Shown here one piece after another: positions 1 to 8,023 of a DNA stretch of 48,242 bases. The first letter of the stretch is position 1, and every line of letters begins with the position of its first letter. Origin of the DNA: a virus. The stretch is from positions 1 to 48,242 of IMG/VR virus record IMGVR_UViG_3300045988_148808. The stretch is one strand, 5' to 3'. The notes under the pieces were generated by a model. The model made no database searches and had not been told where the DNA came from. It saw nothing but the letters and a program-made list of their open reading frames with translations. Position numbers and translations under genes: made by a program.

Positions 1-85
1 AAAAGTGGCTTCTGGTTTGTCTTTCAGACGGAGCAGCTCCGGAAGGGTTCGTGAGGCCGTCGAACGAATTTCTCGCAAAAAAAAC
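1..85. repeat. Terminal overlap, identical to 48158..48242 (genome closure)
   Basis: nt 1-85 (aaaagtggcttctgg...ctcgcaaaaaaaac) match the last 85 nt base for base. Confidence 0.95.
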
Positions 86-206
86 CGGATTGTCCGACAT
101 CGAGATTGCCATATCGTTTAACGCATTGCTTGATTTGTGTCTGATCGTAAGGACAAGCGAACTAATCAACGAATGTCCTGTTTACCGGATGGAGATGGGA
201 ATATGA
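3..206 (+). CDS. winged-HTH protein, 3' part of an 85-codon ORF that begins at 48106 across the junction
   Basis: Same frame as 48106..48242 through the overlap. TGA 204-206 overlaps the next start (ATGA). ...EKWLLVCLSDGAAPEGFVRPSNEFLAKKTGLSDIEI... resembles the wHTH of the following initiator. Confidence 0.65.
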   Translation, partial: KWLLVCLSDGAAPEGFVRPSNEFLAKKTGLSDIEIAISFNALLDLCLIVRTSELINECPVYRMEMGI

Positions 207-1015
207 GCATTGAGGCTATCAACTGGTCTTTTAGGGTTCGTGGGATCAAGTCATCTGAAAAGCTGGTGCTTGTCGCGCTGGCGAACTATGCCAACACAAA
301 CGACGAGGCGTGGCCGTCCATCAAGCAACTATCCGAGTGTACAAGTCTCGACAGAAAGACCGTGCTGAAATCAATAGGCATTCTTGTCGAGTGCGGTCTG
401 ATCGAATATACCGGTGTCAGCAAGGGAGAAACGAGAAGTGTTAAAACCTATCGCCTGAACACGGACTTGACCGATGCAAGCAGTCCCCAAAACGGTACTG
501 TTAAGCAGCCCCAAAAACGGAACTGTCCCCAAAATGGGACTGTCCCAAATTTCCCATTAAGCAGTCCCGAATTTCCCGCGAAACAGTCCCAAATTTCCCG
601 TGAAGAAGTACCAAATGTGGGACACGGAACCATCAATGAACCATTAAAGGAACCATCAGGGAACCGTCAAAAGGCGCAAGCGCCATTTTCGACCGACCTG
701 CTGATCCGGGAAGGAGTGCCTGATGACGTTGCCAGAGACTTTGCCGAATTGCGAAAGCGCTTGAAAGCACCGATATCGGAGACGGCAGTCAAGGGACTGG
801 TTCGTGAAGCACAAAAAGCGGGAATAACACTGACGGAGGTGCTGGAAACCGTTTGCGCTAATGGCTGGCGTGGATTCAAAGCGGATTGGGTAGCGAAAGG
901 TAGCGGAAGAAAAACGGAAACGATTGCCGAACGCAATGCACGGATCGAAAGAGAGATTTTCGGGCAATCGCTGGATGATGAGGCAAGGACCATCGACATG
1001 GAGAAAATCGCATGA
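203..1015 (+). CDS. replication initiator / replisome organiser (lambda O-like layout)
   Basis: Track ORF 137..1015; likely start ATG 203 (MSIEAINWSF). N-terminal wHTH (EKLVLVALANYANTNDEAWPSIKQLSECTSLDRKTV), iterons in the linker, C-terminal ...LTEVLETVCANGWRGFKADW typical of phage replication organisers. Confidence 0.75.
   Translation: MSIEAINWSFRVRGIKSSEKLVLVALANYANTNDEAWPSIKQLSECTSLDRKTVLKSIGILVECGLIEYTGVSKGETRSVKTYRLNTDLTDASSPQNGTVKQPQKRNCPQNGTVPNFPLSSPEFPAKQSQISREEVPNVGHGTINEPLKEPSGNRQKAQAPFSTDLLIREGVPDDVARDFAELRKRLKAPISETAVKGLVREAQKAGITLTEVLETVCANGWRGFKADWVAKGSGRKTETIAERNARIEREIFGQSLDDEARTIDMEKIA
481..599. repeat. iteron set A: six ~16-nt direct repeats, candidate ori
   Basis: C(A/T)G(T/C)CCC(C)AAA... 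units start at 481, 506, 523, 540, 562 and 584. The last three are CTGTCCCAAATTTCCC / CAGTCCCGAATTTCCC / CAGTCCCAAATTTCCC. Confidence 0.8.
626..669. repeat. iteron set B: four GGAACC(A/G)T(C/T)A-type repeats phased 11-12 nt
   Basis: ggaaccatca 626, tgaaccatta 637, ggaaccatca 649, ggaaccgtca 660. Confidence 0.7.
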
Positions 1016-1734
1016 ATGACGCAAATCGCAAAGAGCTTTACCAGCTGTTGAAACTTGCCTATGCCGGCTACGGGAAAAGTGCTCCCGATCCGGAAACATT
1101 CAACGCATTCGTGCATTTCCTCCGGCCATTCCCGTTGACAAGCATCAAGGTGGCACTGGAGGAACACTGCGACCGGTCGGAATTCGTGCCGACTGCCGTA
1201 GCGCTGGCCAGGCGATGCAAAGAAATGGATGGGAGACCGACAGCAGATGAAGCGTGGGCAATCGCACTGAAAAGCGCAAATGAGTCCGAAACAGTAGTCT
1301 GGACAAGCGAAATTGCACAAGCGATGTTCGCCTGCAAATCAATTCTGGATACCGGCGACAACATCGGTGCACGCATGGCGTTTCGGGATGCCTACAACCG
1401 GCTGGTCGATGACGCCAGAGCACAGCTGATACTGGTGAAATGGGATGTGTCGCTGGGGACGGATGCCCAGCGTCGGGAAATTGCCATCCATAACGCGCAA
1501 CGAGCTGGGCAAATAGCCTGCGACAGCACGCTTTATCCTGCCTTACCGGGTGCCCCGTCCGAAGAAGCCAGACTCAGGATTGCCCAAAAAACAAAAGAAC
1601 TGTTGGAAAACCTGAAGTCCGGCAGCCTGATGCGATACAGCCGGTCGAAAGAAATCGAGCGAGACCGAGTTGAGACAGCCAGACGTAAAGCGGAAATCGC
1701 AAAGGCAGTCGATGAATACCGAAGGGGATCATGA
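1012..1734 (+). CDS. replication-associated protein, possible helicase loader (G39P-like N-terminal region)
   Basis: ATGA overlap with the initiator stop. The N-terminus KELYQLLKLAYAGYGKSAPDPETFNAFVHFLRPFPLTSIKVALEEH recalls the G39P-type loader pattern. No NTPase motif. Confidence 0.45.
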   Translation: MNDANRKELYQLLKLAYAGYGKSAPDPETFNAFVHFLRPFPLTSIKVALEEHCDRSEFVPTAVALARRCKEMDGRPTADEAWAIALKSANESETVVWTSEIAQAMFACKSILDTGDNIGARMAFRDAYNRLVDDARAQLILVKWDVSLGTDAQRREIAIHNAQRAGQIACDSTLYPALPGAPSEEARLRIAQKTKELLENLKSGSLMRYSRSKEIERDRVETARRKAEIAKAVDEYRRGS

Positions 1735-1801
1735 AACCGCGACCGAAGCAGGTTTACCGATCCTCGAGGTCGGACGGCTGAAAAAAATGGATTAATGCGC
1801 C

Positions 1802-2359
1802 ATGAAGAACAGAAGAAAAGAAATGCAGGAGACTAATAAAAAAACACGAGGTCGAGACGGCGAGACACGCCGGAACATTCTGGCTTTTTGCAGTCAGGAC
1901 GCAAAAACGGCACGTGAGATTATTGACGGACTCTCCCTTTCGAAGACGGTGGTGTACAAGATACTAAAAAACCTGAGGGAGAAAAAATGGATAACCGTTC
2001 TTGACAAAAAGATAGGCAATAAATCGTTATATCTCGCAAAGGGATATAAAGGCGCCCCTTCTTCCGTCGCTAAACCGAAAGAAAAGGCGGGAAAGAAAGA
2101 TAGCGTTTCTTTTTCGCAAAAAGTCTTGGACTTTATCAAAGTCAATCCGGGGGTAAGCGCGTGGGAGATCGCCAGCAAGTTTTCCGTCAGTAGTAAAAAG
2201 GCTTCAGGAAGCGCGGAGTACCTCTGCTTCCGAAACAGGATTAGGTTGGAGAAAAAAGACGGGATCTACTGCTATTTCCCGGTATCCCGCGACTCCATCC
2301 CGCTTAACTTTCGAATTTGGGACAACGCAATACGGCATGTAGTGAGGAGCGCGATATGA
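1802..2359 (+). CDS. winged-HTH (MarR/ArsR-like) DNA-binding protein
   Basis: ...RRNILAFCSQDAKTAREIIDGLSLSKTVVYKILKNLREKKWI...; a second wHTH-like segment lies near the C-terminus. Confidence 0.6.
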   Translation: MKNRRKEMQETNKKTRGRDGETRRNILAFCSQDAKTAREIIDGLSLSKTVVYKILKNLREKKWITVLDKKIGNKSLYLAKGYKGAPSSVAKPKEKAGKKDSVSFSQKVLDFIKVNPGVSAWEIASKFSVSSKKASGSAEYLCFRNRIRLEKKDGIYCYFPVSRDSIPLNFRIWDNAIRHVVRSAI

Positions 2360-2586
2360 CACAAAATGCATTGATCATCGACAACATCAAGGCGTTATAC
2401 GGGTTGGGAAAAGATATCGACGTGGCGCCTCTCCTTGGTGTGACTGCCTCGTCTGTTTCCCATATGAGGCGCGGAGATATTTCCTTTTCACCCCGGATGT
2501 TCCTGTTCTTGTGCATCGACAGGGACATGCGACCAAGCCAGATGTTTATGGAGCTTGGATTACCGCCAGATTATTTCGAAAAATGA
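2356..2586 (+). CDS. small HTH protein
   Basis: ATG 2356 overlaps the previous stop (ATGA). HTH-like segment ...DIDVAPLLGVTASSVSHMRRG... Confidence 0.55.
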   Translation: MTQNALIIDNIKALYGLGKDIDVAPLLGVTASSVSHMRRGDISFSPRMFLFLCIDRDMRPSQMFMELGLPPDYFEK

Positions 2587-2900
2587 ACTTCATAGAATCT
2601 TACTTTAACGCCATCCATAAGAAACTGGCCAATCACTTCGGCATCCCTATTGAGGAAGTACATTTTTACGGTGTTTCCTACCTGATGGATCGGTTGACAC
2701 CAGTCACACCGGCACGGATGAAATTCGATACATACCGTTGGACGCTGTTAGGAGACTGCCCAGTGTGCCATGCGCCAAGCAATCAGGAGCACACATACTG
2801 TTCAAACTGTGGCAGGCGACTGTTGTGGCCGAAGAAAAAAGACTGGGCGAAACACGGTATCAGCACTGATGAATACATCGACAGTCAGTATGAAGAATAA
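2583..2900 (+). CDS. zinc-ribbon protein
   Basis: ATG 2583 overlaps the previous stop. CPVCHAPSNQEHTYCSNCG forms a CxxC...CxxC motif. Confidence 0.55.
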   Translation: MNFIESYFNAIHKKLANHFGIPIEEVHFYGVSYLMDRLTPVTPARMKFDTYRWTLLGDCPVCHAPSNQEHTYCSNCGRRLLWPKKKDWAKHGISTDEYIDSQYEE

Positions 2901-2950
2901 GCTGCTCAAATAAAAAACAAGGGCTTTATTGAGATATGAAAGGATAAAAC

Positions 2951-3310
2951 ATGGGAACCGAGAAAACAGCGTTATTGAATGCCCTAGAGGAGTATGAACG
3001 GGAAAAGAAAAAATACGGGGTAACGTCTGCTCAGGCGATGAAGTGGATGGGAACGATGCTGGCACTTGTACCGGAAGAGCTGAAAGAAAAAATCGTTGAC
3101 GCCGGTATTCGGCAAGGAGTGCTACCCAAACCGGATGGTTATCTGGCAGACGGAACACCGGTATATAGCTCCAGATTGATTGAAGATTTCTTCGGGGTGT
3201 CCCGGGATGAGATTAACTACCGGCTACAGGTACTTAACGAGGCGAGACAGTCTGTCGGCAAAGAACCATTGTCGTTCCTGGACGATACTCTCGTCCACAA
3301 AGTGCATTAG
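2951..3310 (+). CDS. hypothetical protein
   Basis: Clean ORF in operon orientation; an AAAGGA element lies about 9 nt upstream. No motif recognised. Confidence 0.55.
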   Translation: MGTEKTALLNALEEYEREKKKYGVTSAQAMKWMGTMLALVPEELKEKIVDAGIRQGVLPKPDGYLADGTPVYSSRLIEDFFGVSRDEINYRLQVLNEARQSVGKEPLSFLDDTLVHKVH

Positions 3311-3318
3311 GGGTAAAT

Positions 3319-3735
3319 ATGACCTGTATCCGATTTTCCGTTCCCGGCGCCCCAGTCGCAAAAGCCCGTCCGCGTTTCACGAAAAACGGACACGCCTACA
3401 CGCCCGATAAAACGCGCTCATACGAAGCGATCGTCAAGCTGTGTGCCATGAAAGCCATGAAGGGCAAAAAGCTGCTCACGGGCGCGATTTCGCTTTCCGT
3501 GACGGCGTTTTTCCCGATACCGAAATCCTGCACAAAGTCGGTCAGGGCAAAAGCATTGTCCGGTGAATTCAGGCATACAAAAAAGCCGGACTGGGACAAC
3601 GTCGGCAAGGTTGTATCGGACGCCTTGAATGGTGTGGTTTACGCTGACGATGCGAAGGTATCGCATGCGACTGTCGATAAGCGATATTCCGACTTTCCGC
3701 GGGTAGAAGTGTTGGTTGAATGCGAAAACGCGTGA
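3319..3735 (+). CDS. rusA: RusA-family Holliday junction resolvase
   Basis: FSVPGAPVAKARPRFTKNGHAYTP...KPDWDNVGKVVSDALNGVVYADDAKV is the classic RusA signature. Confidence 0.9.
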   Translation: MTCIRFSVPGAPVAKARPRFTKNGHAYTPDKTRSYEAIVKLCAMKAMKGKKLLTGAISLSVTAFFPIPKSCTKSVRAKALSGEFRHTKKPDWDNVGKVVSDALNGVVYADDAKVSHATVDKRYSDFPRVEVLVECENA

Positions 3736-3762
3736 GTTTTATGAAAAAAATCGGTTGAACTT

Positions 3763-4329
3763 ATGACATTGTTTGAAAACACCGAACAGGCTTTGATTTT
3801 CGCCTACAACTACACAGGTCAAAACTGCATCACGGCACGTCTGTCGCTGGAGCCATTTCCAACTACCGGAAAAGGACTGGGCGGGCTGAATGGCGCAGCA
3901 CAGGCAGGCATGATAAGGCGAGAAGTCAGTTCCGCCGGAAGGCTTATTGAAAGCCTGATAACGGCGAAATACGCGCCGATGTGGTTGCCTTGCAGCTGCG
4001 GTCATGCTTGCTGCTCTGGCAAGATCGAAAACAGGGAATGGGCGGAAGCGATCCCGTACATCGTGCTTGACGTGTGCAAAAACGCATTGCACGGCGCAGA
4101 TCGGGGGACGGTTGTCTGGTGTGTCAAGGCGTATTACAGCGGATCTATATTACCCATCAGGCAGATAGCCAGCATGGCAAGCGTCAGCGAAAAAACCATC
4201 ACGAGAAATTTTCCGAAGATCATCAATTATCTTCGGGGAACAAAGAGCAAAGAAGGTATGGACGCTGTGGCGTATCGTACTGTTGACCGGATTTTGACGG
4301 ATAAGGGGGTTGTTGGGGAACTGAAATGA
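3763..4329 (+). CDS. putative late-gene regulator (antiterminator Q-like)
   Basis: Sits after rusA as in lambdoid phages. Cys cluster LPCSCGHACCSGK and a C-terminal HTH-like IRQIASMASVSEKTITRNF. Assignment by position and motifs only. Confidence 0.4.
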   Translation: MTLFENTEQALIFAYNYTGQNCITARLSLEPFPTTGKGLGGLNGAAQAGMIRREVSSAGRLIESLITAKYAPMWLPCSCGHACCSGKIENREWAEAIPYIVLDVCKNALHGADRGTVVWCVKAYYSGSILPIRQIASMASVSEKTITRNFPKIINYLRGTKSKEGMDAVAYRTVDRILTDKGVVGELK

Positions 4330-4703
4330 AAAGAGATTGGGACTTGGTCAGGGATATTCTCGAAAAAGTCGAGGATGGATCCTTGCAAACGTATCTTTCC
4401 AAAGAGAATTTTATCGACAAAGGCATCACCGAAGAAGACATTTTCGGCCATATCGAAATCATGCTGGACGCCGGTATTTTGAAAAACGGGATTGTCTCGC
4501 GGGGATGGGGCGGCAAGTTCTCCCAGTGGGATATGCAGGGCATTTTCATCTCAATGCAAGGGCATGACTTGCTGGACGCATTGCGTGACCAAACCGTTTG
4601 GATGCGTATCAGACAGAAGGCACGTCAATCTGCCGTTTCCATTTCATGGGAGTTTATCAAAGCAGCGATACCTGTTGTCATGAACGAGTTATTGAAATCG
4701 TGA
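4326..4703 (+). CDS. DUF2513-like wHTH protein
   Basis: MKRDWDLVRDILEKVE...GHIEIMLDAGIL...MQGHDLLDALRD matches my memory of the DUF2513 pattern. ATGA overlap with the upstream gene. Confidence 0.6.
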   Translation: MKRDWDLVRDILEKVEDGSLQTYLSKENFIDKGITEEDIFGHIEIMLDAGILKNGIVSRGWGGKFSQWDMQGIFISMQGHDLLDALRDQTVWMRIRQKARQSAVSISWEFIKAAIPVVMNELLKS

Positions 4704-4711
4704 GAACAGAG

Positions 4712-4909
4712 TTAAATTTTTTCGTTGATACCGGCCTGCCGCAGAATGCTGTTTGCAGTATGACGGGAATCGACTGTTACGGGAACAGCAAAAGATTTCC
4801 GGGATATTGGAGAAAACCACATTTCATGGCTTCCCTTGGCTTGTCTGCGAAATTCGCAGTCGTGAGCAAGAAGGATTTTCCGCAATTGCGGATAAAAAGA
4901 AGCGCCCAT
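4712..4909 (-). CDS. hicA: HicA-family toxin-like protein
   Basis: ...LRKILLAHDCEFRRQAKGSHEMW...VPVTVDSRHTANSILRQAGI resembles the HicA/YcfA fold pattern. Abuts the upstream antitoxin-like ORF. Confidence 0.65.
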   Translation of the reverse strand: MGASFYPQLRKILLAHDCEFRRQAKGSHEMWFSPISRKSFAVPVTVDSRHTANSILRQAGINEKI

Positions 4910-5203
4910 TTAATTGAATGTGACGGTTTGACGTTGAACAAAAACATAGCTCACTTCGTAGTAAGCGTCACGGACAGGGAATCCGTTGTCAGCGAGCAGT
5001 TCCGGAATGACCAGATTGGCGCGATCAATGACAGCATTAAGGCTCTCACCTTCTGTTGCAAGCCCAAGTTCATCGCAGATAGCTACCCATACGTTTGCTT
5101 CCGGATCATATACCACTTCCACTTCAAAGAAGTGGTCAAGCCGGCGTGTGCTCACTATATGCGGTGCTTCTACTCCCTCTTTCACAAGTTCGTTTTTTTT
5201 CAT
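4910..5203 (-). CDS. hicB: HicB-like antitoxin (DUF1902-type)
   Basis: Likely start ATG 5203 with an AAGGAG SD. ...FEVEVVYDPEANVWVAICDELGLATEGESLNAVIDRANLVIPELL resembles the HicB N-terminal domain. Confidence 0.6.
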   Translation of the reverse strand: MKKNELVKEGVEAPHIVSTRRLDHFFEVEVVYDPEANVWVAICDELGLATEGESLNAVIDRANLVIPELLADNGFPVRDAYYEVSYVFVQRQTVTFN

Positions 5204-5227
5204 GGCGTAGGCTCCTTTGCCTGTATT

Positions 5228-5257
5228 TTGACACATGGATGAAAATATCGCTATACT
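5228..5257 (+). promoter_or_regulatory. sigma70-like promoter (TTGACA-18 nt-TATACT)
   Basis: TTGACA 5228-5233 and TATACT 5252-5257; faces the KilA-N gene. Confidence 0.55.
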
Positions 5258-5263
5258 GACATC

Positions 5264-5470
5264 GCACCGGAAAAAGACGGTGTCGGGTTTGACAGCCCGA
5301 ATCTCACAGGCGGACAGCCGCTAGCCAAGCGGTATTTTTTTGTCCGTTGCATGGCTTCGTCTATGGGCAAGCCATGTGGGAAGCCGCAAGGCTTGCCGGT
5401 ATCCTGTGAGCCGGTCTGTCAACCCGCATGGTTTCGCCCACCCTTTTGACAGGGGGTAGGCGATTGATTC
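5264..5470 (+). ncRNA. structured RNA / long structured leader upstream of the KilA-N gene
   Basis: Closing helix 5285-5295/5416-5425 plus 5304-5310/5403-5409 encloses three hairpins (5311-5346, 5350-5376, 5381-5394 with a GCAA loop). An internal hairpin plus T7 is terminator-like. Confidence 0.5.
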
Positions 5471-5494
5471 AACAATATTCACAGGAGCATAACC

Positions 5495-6202
5495 ATGCAA
5501 GCACTCATTATAGGCACATCAGAAGTTCGTCAGATTGACGGTCTATATTCTCTCAATGATTTACATAGAGCATCTGGAAATGAAAATCGTCATCGTCCGT
5601 CTCTGTTTATCGAAAATAAACAATCTCAAGATTTAATAGCAGAAATTACCAAAGCAGGAATTACTGCTTTGCGCACAAAAAAGGGCGGGACACAAGGCGG
5701 CACCTACGCCTGCAAGGAACTGGTCATCGCATATGCCGCATGGATAAGCCCAGCATTCCATCTCAAGGTTATCCGCGTATTTCTCGCCGAAGCCGGACGC
5801 ACATTACCCGAGAAACAGGACATCAACCTTCTGGACAAGGACTATTTTGCCAAGGTGCGAGATATTGCGATCAAGTTTGCCGATGATTGGGTGCGTGTTG
5901 GCAAAGGCGAGGACGTTCACCCTTCCCTGACGATTCCGGATGACGTGCTTGCCGGCATCATCGCCCAGCAGATCAGCCGACAGAACTTCCGCCTCTACGT
6001 GGATTATGCCGGACAACTGCATGTAGCCCCGATACCAAACAAAAGTCCCTATGAAGGGCTGGCAGAAGCGATTGCCGATCCGGGGAATATCGGTCTGACG
6101 GATGAGGTGATCGAGGAAATCGGCGCGGCATGTGTCAAGGCACTCGCCTACCGTGCCCATTACAGGAAGTCCGTTATCGGCAAGATCAGGGGGACGAAAT
6201 GA
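5495..6202 (+). CDS. KilA-N domain protein (antirepressor-like)
   Basis: ...IDGLYSLNDLHRASGNENRHRPSLFIENKQSQDLI...GGTYACKELVIAYAAWISPAFHLKVIRVF is a KilA-N signature. AGGAG SD lies 7 nt upstream. Confidence 0.8.
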   Translation: MQALIIGTSEVRQIDGLYSLNDLHRASGNENRHRPSLFIENKQSQDLIAEITKAGITALRTKKGGTQGGTYACKELVIAYAAWISPAFHLKVIRVFLAEAGRTLPEKQDINLLDKDYFAKVRDIAIKFADDWVRVGKGEDVHPSLTIPDDVLAGIIAQQISRQNFRLYVDYAGQLHVAPIPNKSPYEGLAEAIADPGNIGLTDEVIEEIGAACVKALAYRAHYRKSVIGKIRGTK

Positions 6203-6283
6203 AAAGTTTTGTCCTGGATAGTTTTTGTCTGATAATGTTTACTTGTGCGATGTGGTTGTTTCTGCTGATCTGATCGCATAATG

Positions 6284-6309
6284 ACGTGGGGGTGCAACAC
6301 CCCTCACGT
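6284..6309 (+). terminator. hairpin after the KilA-N gene (weak terminator candidate)
   Basis: ACGTGGGGGT-gcaac-ACCCC(T)CACGT followed by only TTT. Confidence 0.35.
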
Positions 6310-6350
6310 TTGGCGAGTATCTTACGGTGTTGAGGCGAAAGAAAAATATC

Positions 6351-7895
6351 ATGAAAAAAATACTGTTTGTATGTTTGTGTTCAATTTTTATTGTTGGTTG
6401 TGAAGTAGGAAAGCCTCCGCCTCCTTCGCTGAATGAAAATGCCGTTTGGTACACCAAGGAAATAACAAAACGTCGGATCCTTTCGTCAATTCTGAATGCC
6501 ACCAATGACGTGTCCGACACCATCAAACAAAGAACGTATGGACTTTACGATGTTGTTGACATAGAAGATATTAATTTTGTTTCCAAGCAAAACATTATTA
6601 ATGCCGAACGTCAATTTAAAGATAAAAAGTTTATAACAAGTGGAAAAGTTTACGATATAGGCCGTGGTGTATTTGGGCCTTACTTAATCGTATATTCTGA
6701 AAGGTCGCCTGCAGACGTTTTCGGGGCGGACTTCAAGGTAAAAGATGAATCTAGCCTTGGAAATGTACGGAAGGGACAACGTGTTTCACTGGCATGTGAA
6801 AAGATCAAGTTTTTGCCGTCGCGTGCTGATTGCGAAATGCTAGATGATCTAATAGCAAGAAAAGGGGATGCAGTAGATACGTTGGTAAACTCCATTTTGA
6901 ATGGAAAATCATCATGGGATGAAACATTTGATTTGCAGACGAAAAGAGTTTACTCGATCGCCAGCAAAATGCCCTCAGACAGTGTATGTTTTCATGCACC
7001 TGATGTGCCAGAATGTCGCAAGGACTATAAGCGGGCACAGGCTATTTATGAAAAAGAAACTGGCGATAAGGATGGTAGCGCTGATTTAAAAGAGCCTGTT
7101 TCCGGCGCAGCTGAATCACAAAATGAAGACAAAAACGGTAAAAAATCCGGTGCAGAAATTAGAGCGAATATCTGCGCTCATTTCATCGCCGACAACATAC
7201 ACAAAATGGCGATGACTCAGTTTGGATATGAAGCGAAATCTTTTTCCGTATCTGAAAAGGATATATATCCAGAGGCACCCAATATTTGGTATGAAGTAAA
7301 AGGCGCAAAACTGAAAGACAAATATGGAAAATGGCACGATGTGAAATTTTCGTGTTTCGTAAATCGAGAAACCAACGAAATATTTAATGATGTGGTGCTC
7401 ACTTTAAGCGAGAAACAGGGAAATGAACTGACACGGGAAAGGGACCTTTTTTTAACAGACGACCAATTACAGGAAGAAAAGCGTCAACAAAAACTGATTT
7501 ATATGGTTAATCCTGTTTTTGCTAAACCTGAAACCAGTTGGGCTTTCGCGCATCGGGATGATGTTCATCCGGTAGAAACGGCTCCTGCAACCGATGGATC
7601 AGATAACCAGCGAGCAAAAGCGTGTTATAAACAGGTGATAAAACACCTTACCCCTTCTCCGAAAGCCCAAAAACAATGGGTTGTTATTTCGGAAAGCATG
7701 AATGAAACGGAAGCGACATTTGTTGCGCAAAGACGAGGACATACCATTAACGTTGGCTGGTCAAAGGGTATGGGAAGCGACGCTCTTCAAATTTGCAGTG
7801 TGAGAGAAACTAACGCGGATGGAGTTGAGGTATTTAATGATGAAGGTTCTGATTTTGCCTCAGCGTCTTCCCCCGTTTTCTTTAAACAAAAATAG
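6351..7895 (+). CDS. large lipoprotein (514 aa) with an OB-fold-like (tRNA_anti-like) segment
   Basis: MKKILFVCLCSIFIVGC has a lipobox. ...FKDKKFITSGKVYDIGRGVFGPYLIVY...VRKGQRVSLACEKIKF is an OB-like pattern. The gene is visibly A+T-rich. Confidence 0.8.
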   Translation: MKKILFVCLCSIFIVGCEVGKPPPPSLNENAVWYTKEITKRRILSSILNATNDVSDTIKQRTYGLYDVVDIEDINFVSKQNIINAERQFKDKKFITSGKVYDIGRGVFGPYLIVYSERSPADVFGADFKVKDESSLGNVRKGQRVSLACEKIKFLPSRADCEMLDDLIARKGDAVDTLVNSILNGKSSWDETFDLQTKRVYSIASKMPSDSVCFHAPDVPECRKDYKRAQAIYEKETGDKDGSADLKEPVSGAAESQNEDKNGKKSGAEIRANICAHFIADNIHKMAMTQFGYEAKSFSVSEKDIYPEAPNIWYEVKGAKLKDKYGKWHDVKFSCFVNRETNEIFNDVVLTLSEKQGNELTRERDLFLTDDQLQEEKRQQKLIYMVNPVFAKPETSWAFAHRDDVHPVETAPATDGSDNQRAKACYKQVIKHLTPSPKAQKQWVVISESMNETEATFVAQRRGHTINVGWSKGMGSDALQICSVRETNADGVEVFNDEGSDFASASSPVFFKQK

Positions 7896-7996
7896 CCAGC
7901 TCAAACATCTAAAAAAGAAAAACTGTTGACATGTCCGAAAAAATAGGACAAAATGCATGTTAATTTCCAAAATGGATGAATGCATCCATAAGATAA

Positions 7997-8023
7997 AGCC
8001 TCCGAAAATTCGGGGGCTTTTTT
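7997..8023 (+). terminator. Rho-independent terminator
   Basis: AGCCTCCG-aaaatt-CGGGGGCT followed by a T run. Confidence 0.7.

Noticed and set aside
1-85. The 85-nt repeat as a biological direct terminal repeat or cos-type end
   Set aside because: This was not adopted as the primary reading. The terminase looks PBSX-like, which suggests headful packaging, and the repeat falls in the middle of an ORF, as expected for an arbitrary assembly break. Sequence alone cannot exclude a true DTR.
479-670. Possible CRISPR array, because of closely spaced direct repeats
   Set aside because: The repeat units abut or nearly abut one another without unique spacers. They lie inside a translated ORF and no cas genes are present. 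Iterons are the better explanation.
4598-5242. 214-aa plus-strand ORF over the first hicAB-like pair (and similarly 9083..9784 over the methylase end and HicB)
   Set aside because: Both are antisense to recognisable toxin-antitoxin genes. They have no ribosome-binding site or family resemblance.
5351-5449. 32-codon ORF (MASSMGKPCGKPQGLPVSCEPVCQPAWFRPPF) inside the structured leader
   Set aside because: It has no Shine-Dalgarno, and its codons coincide with paired RNA helices. The RNA-structure explanation accounts for the sequence better. It cannot be fully excluded without ribosome profiling.
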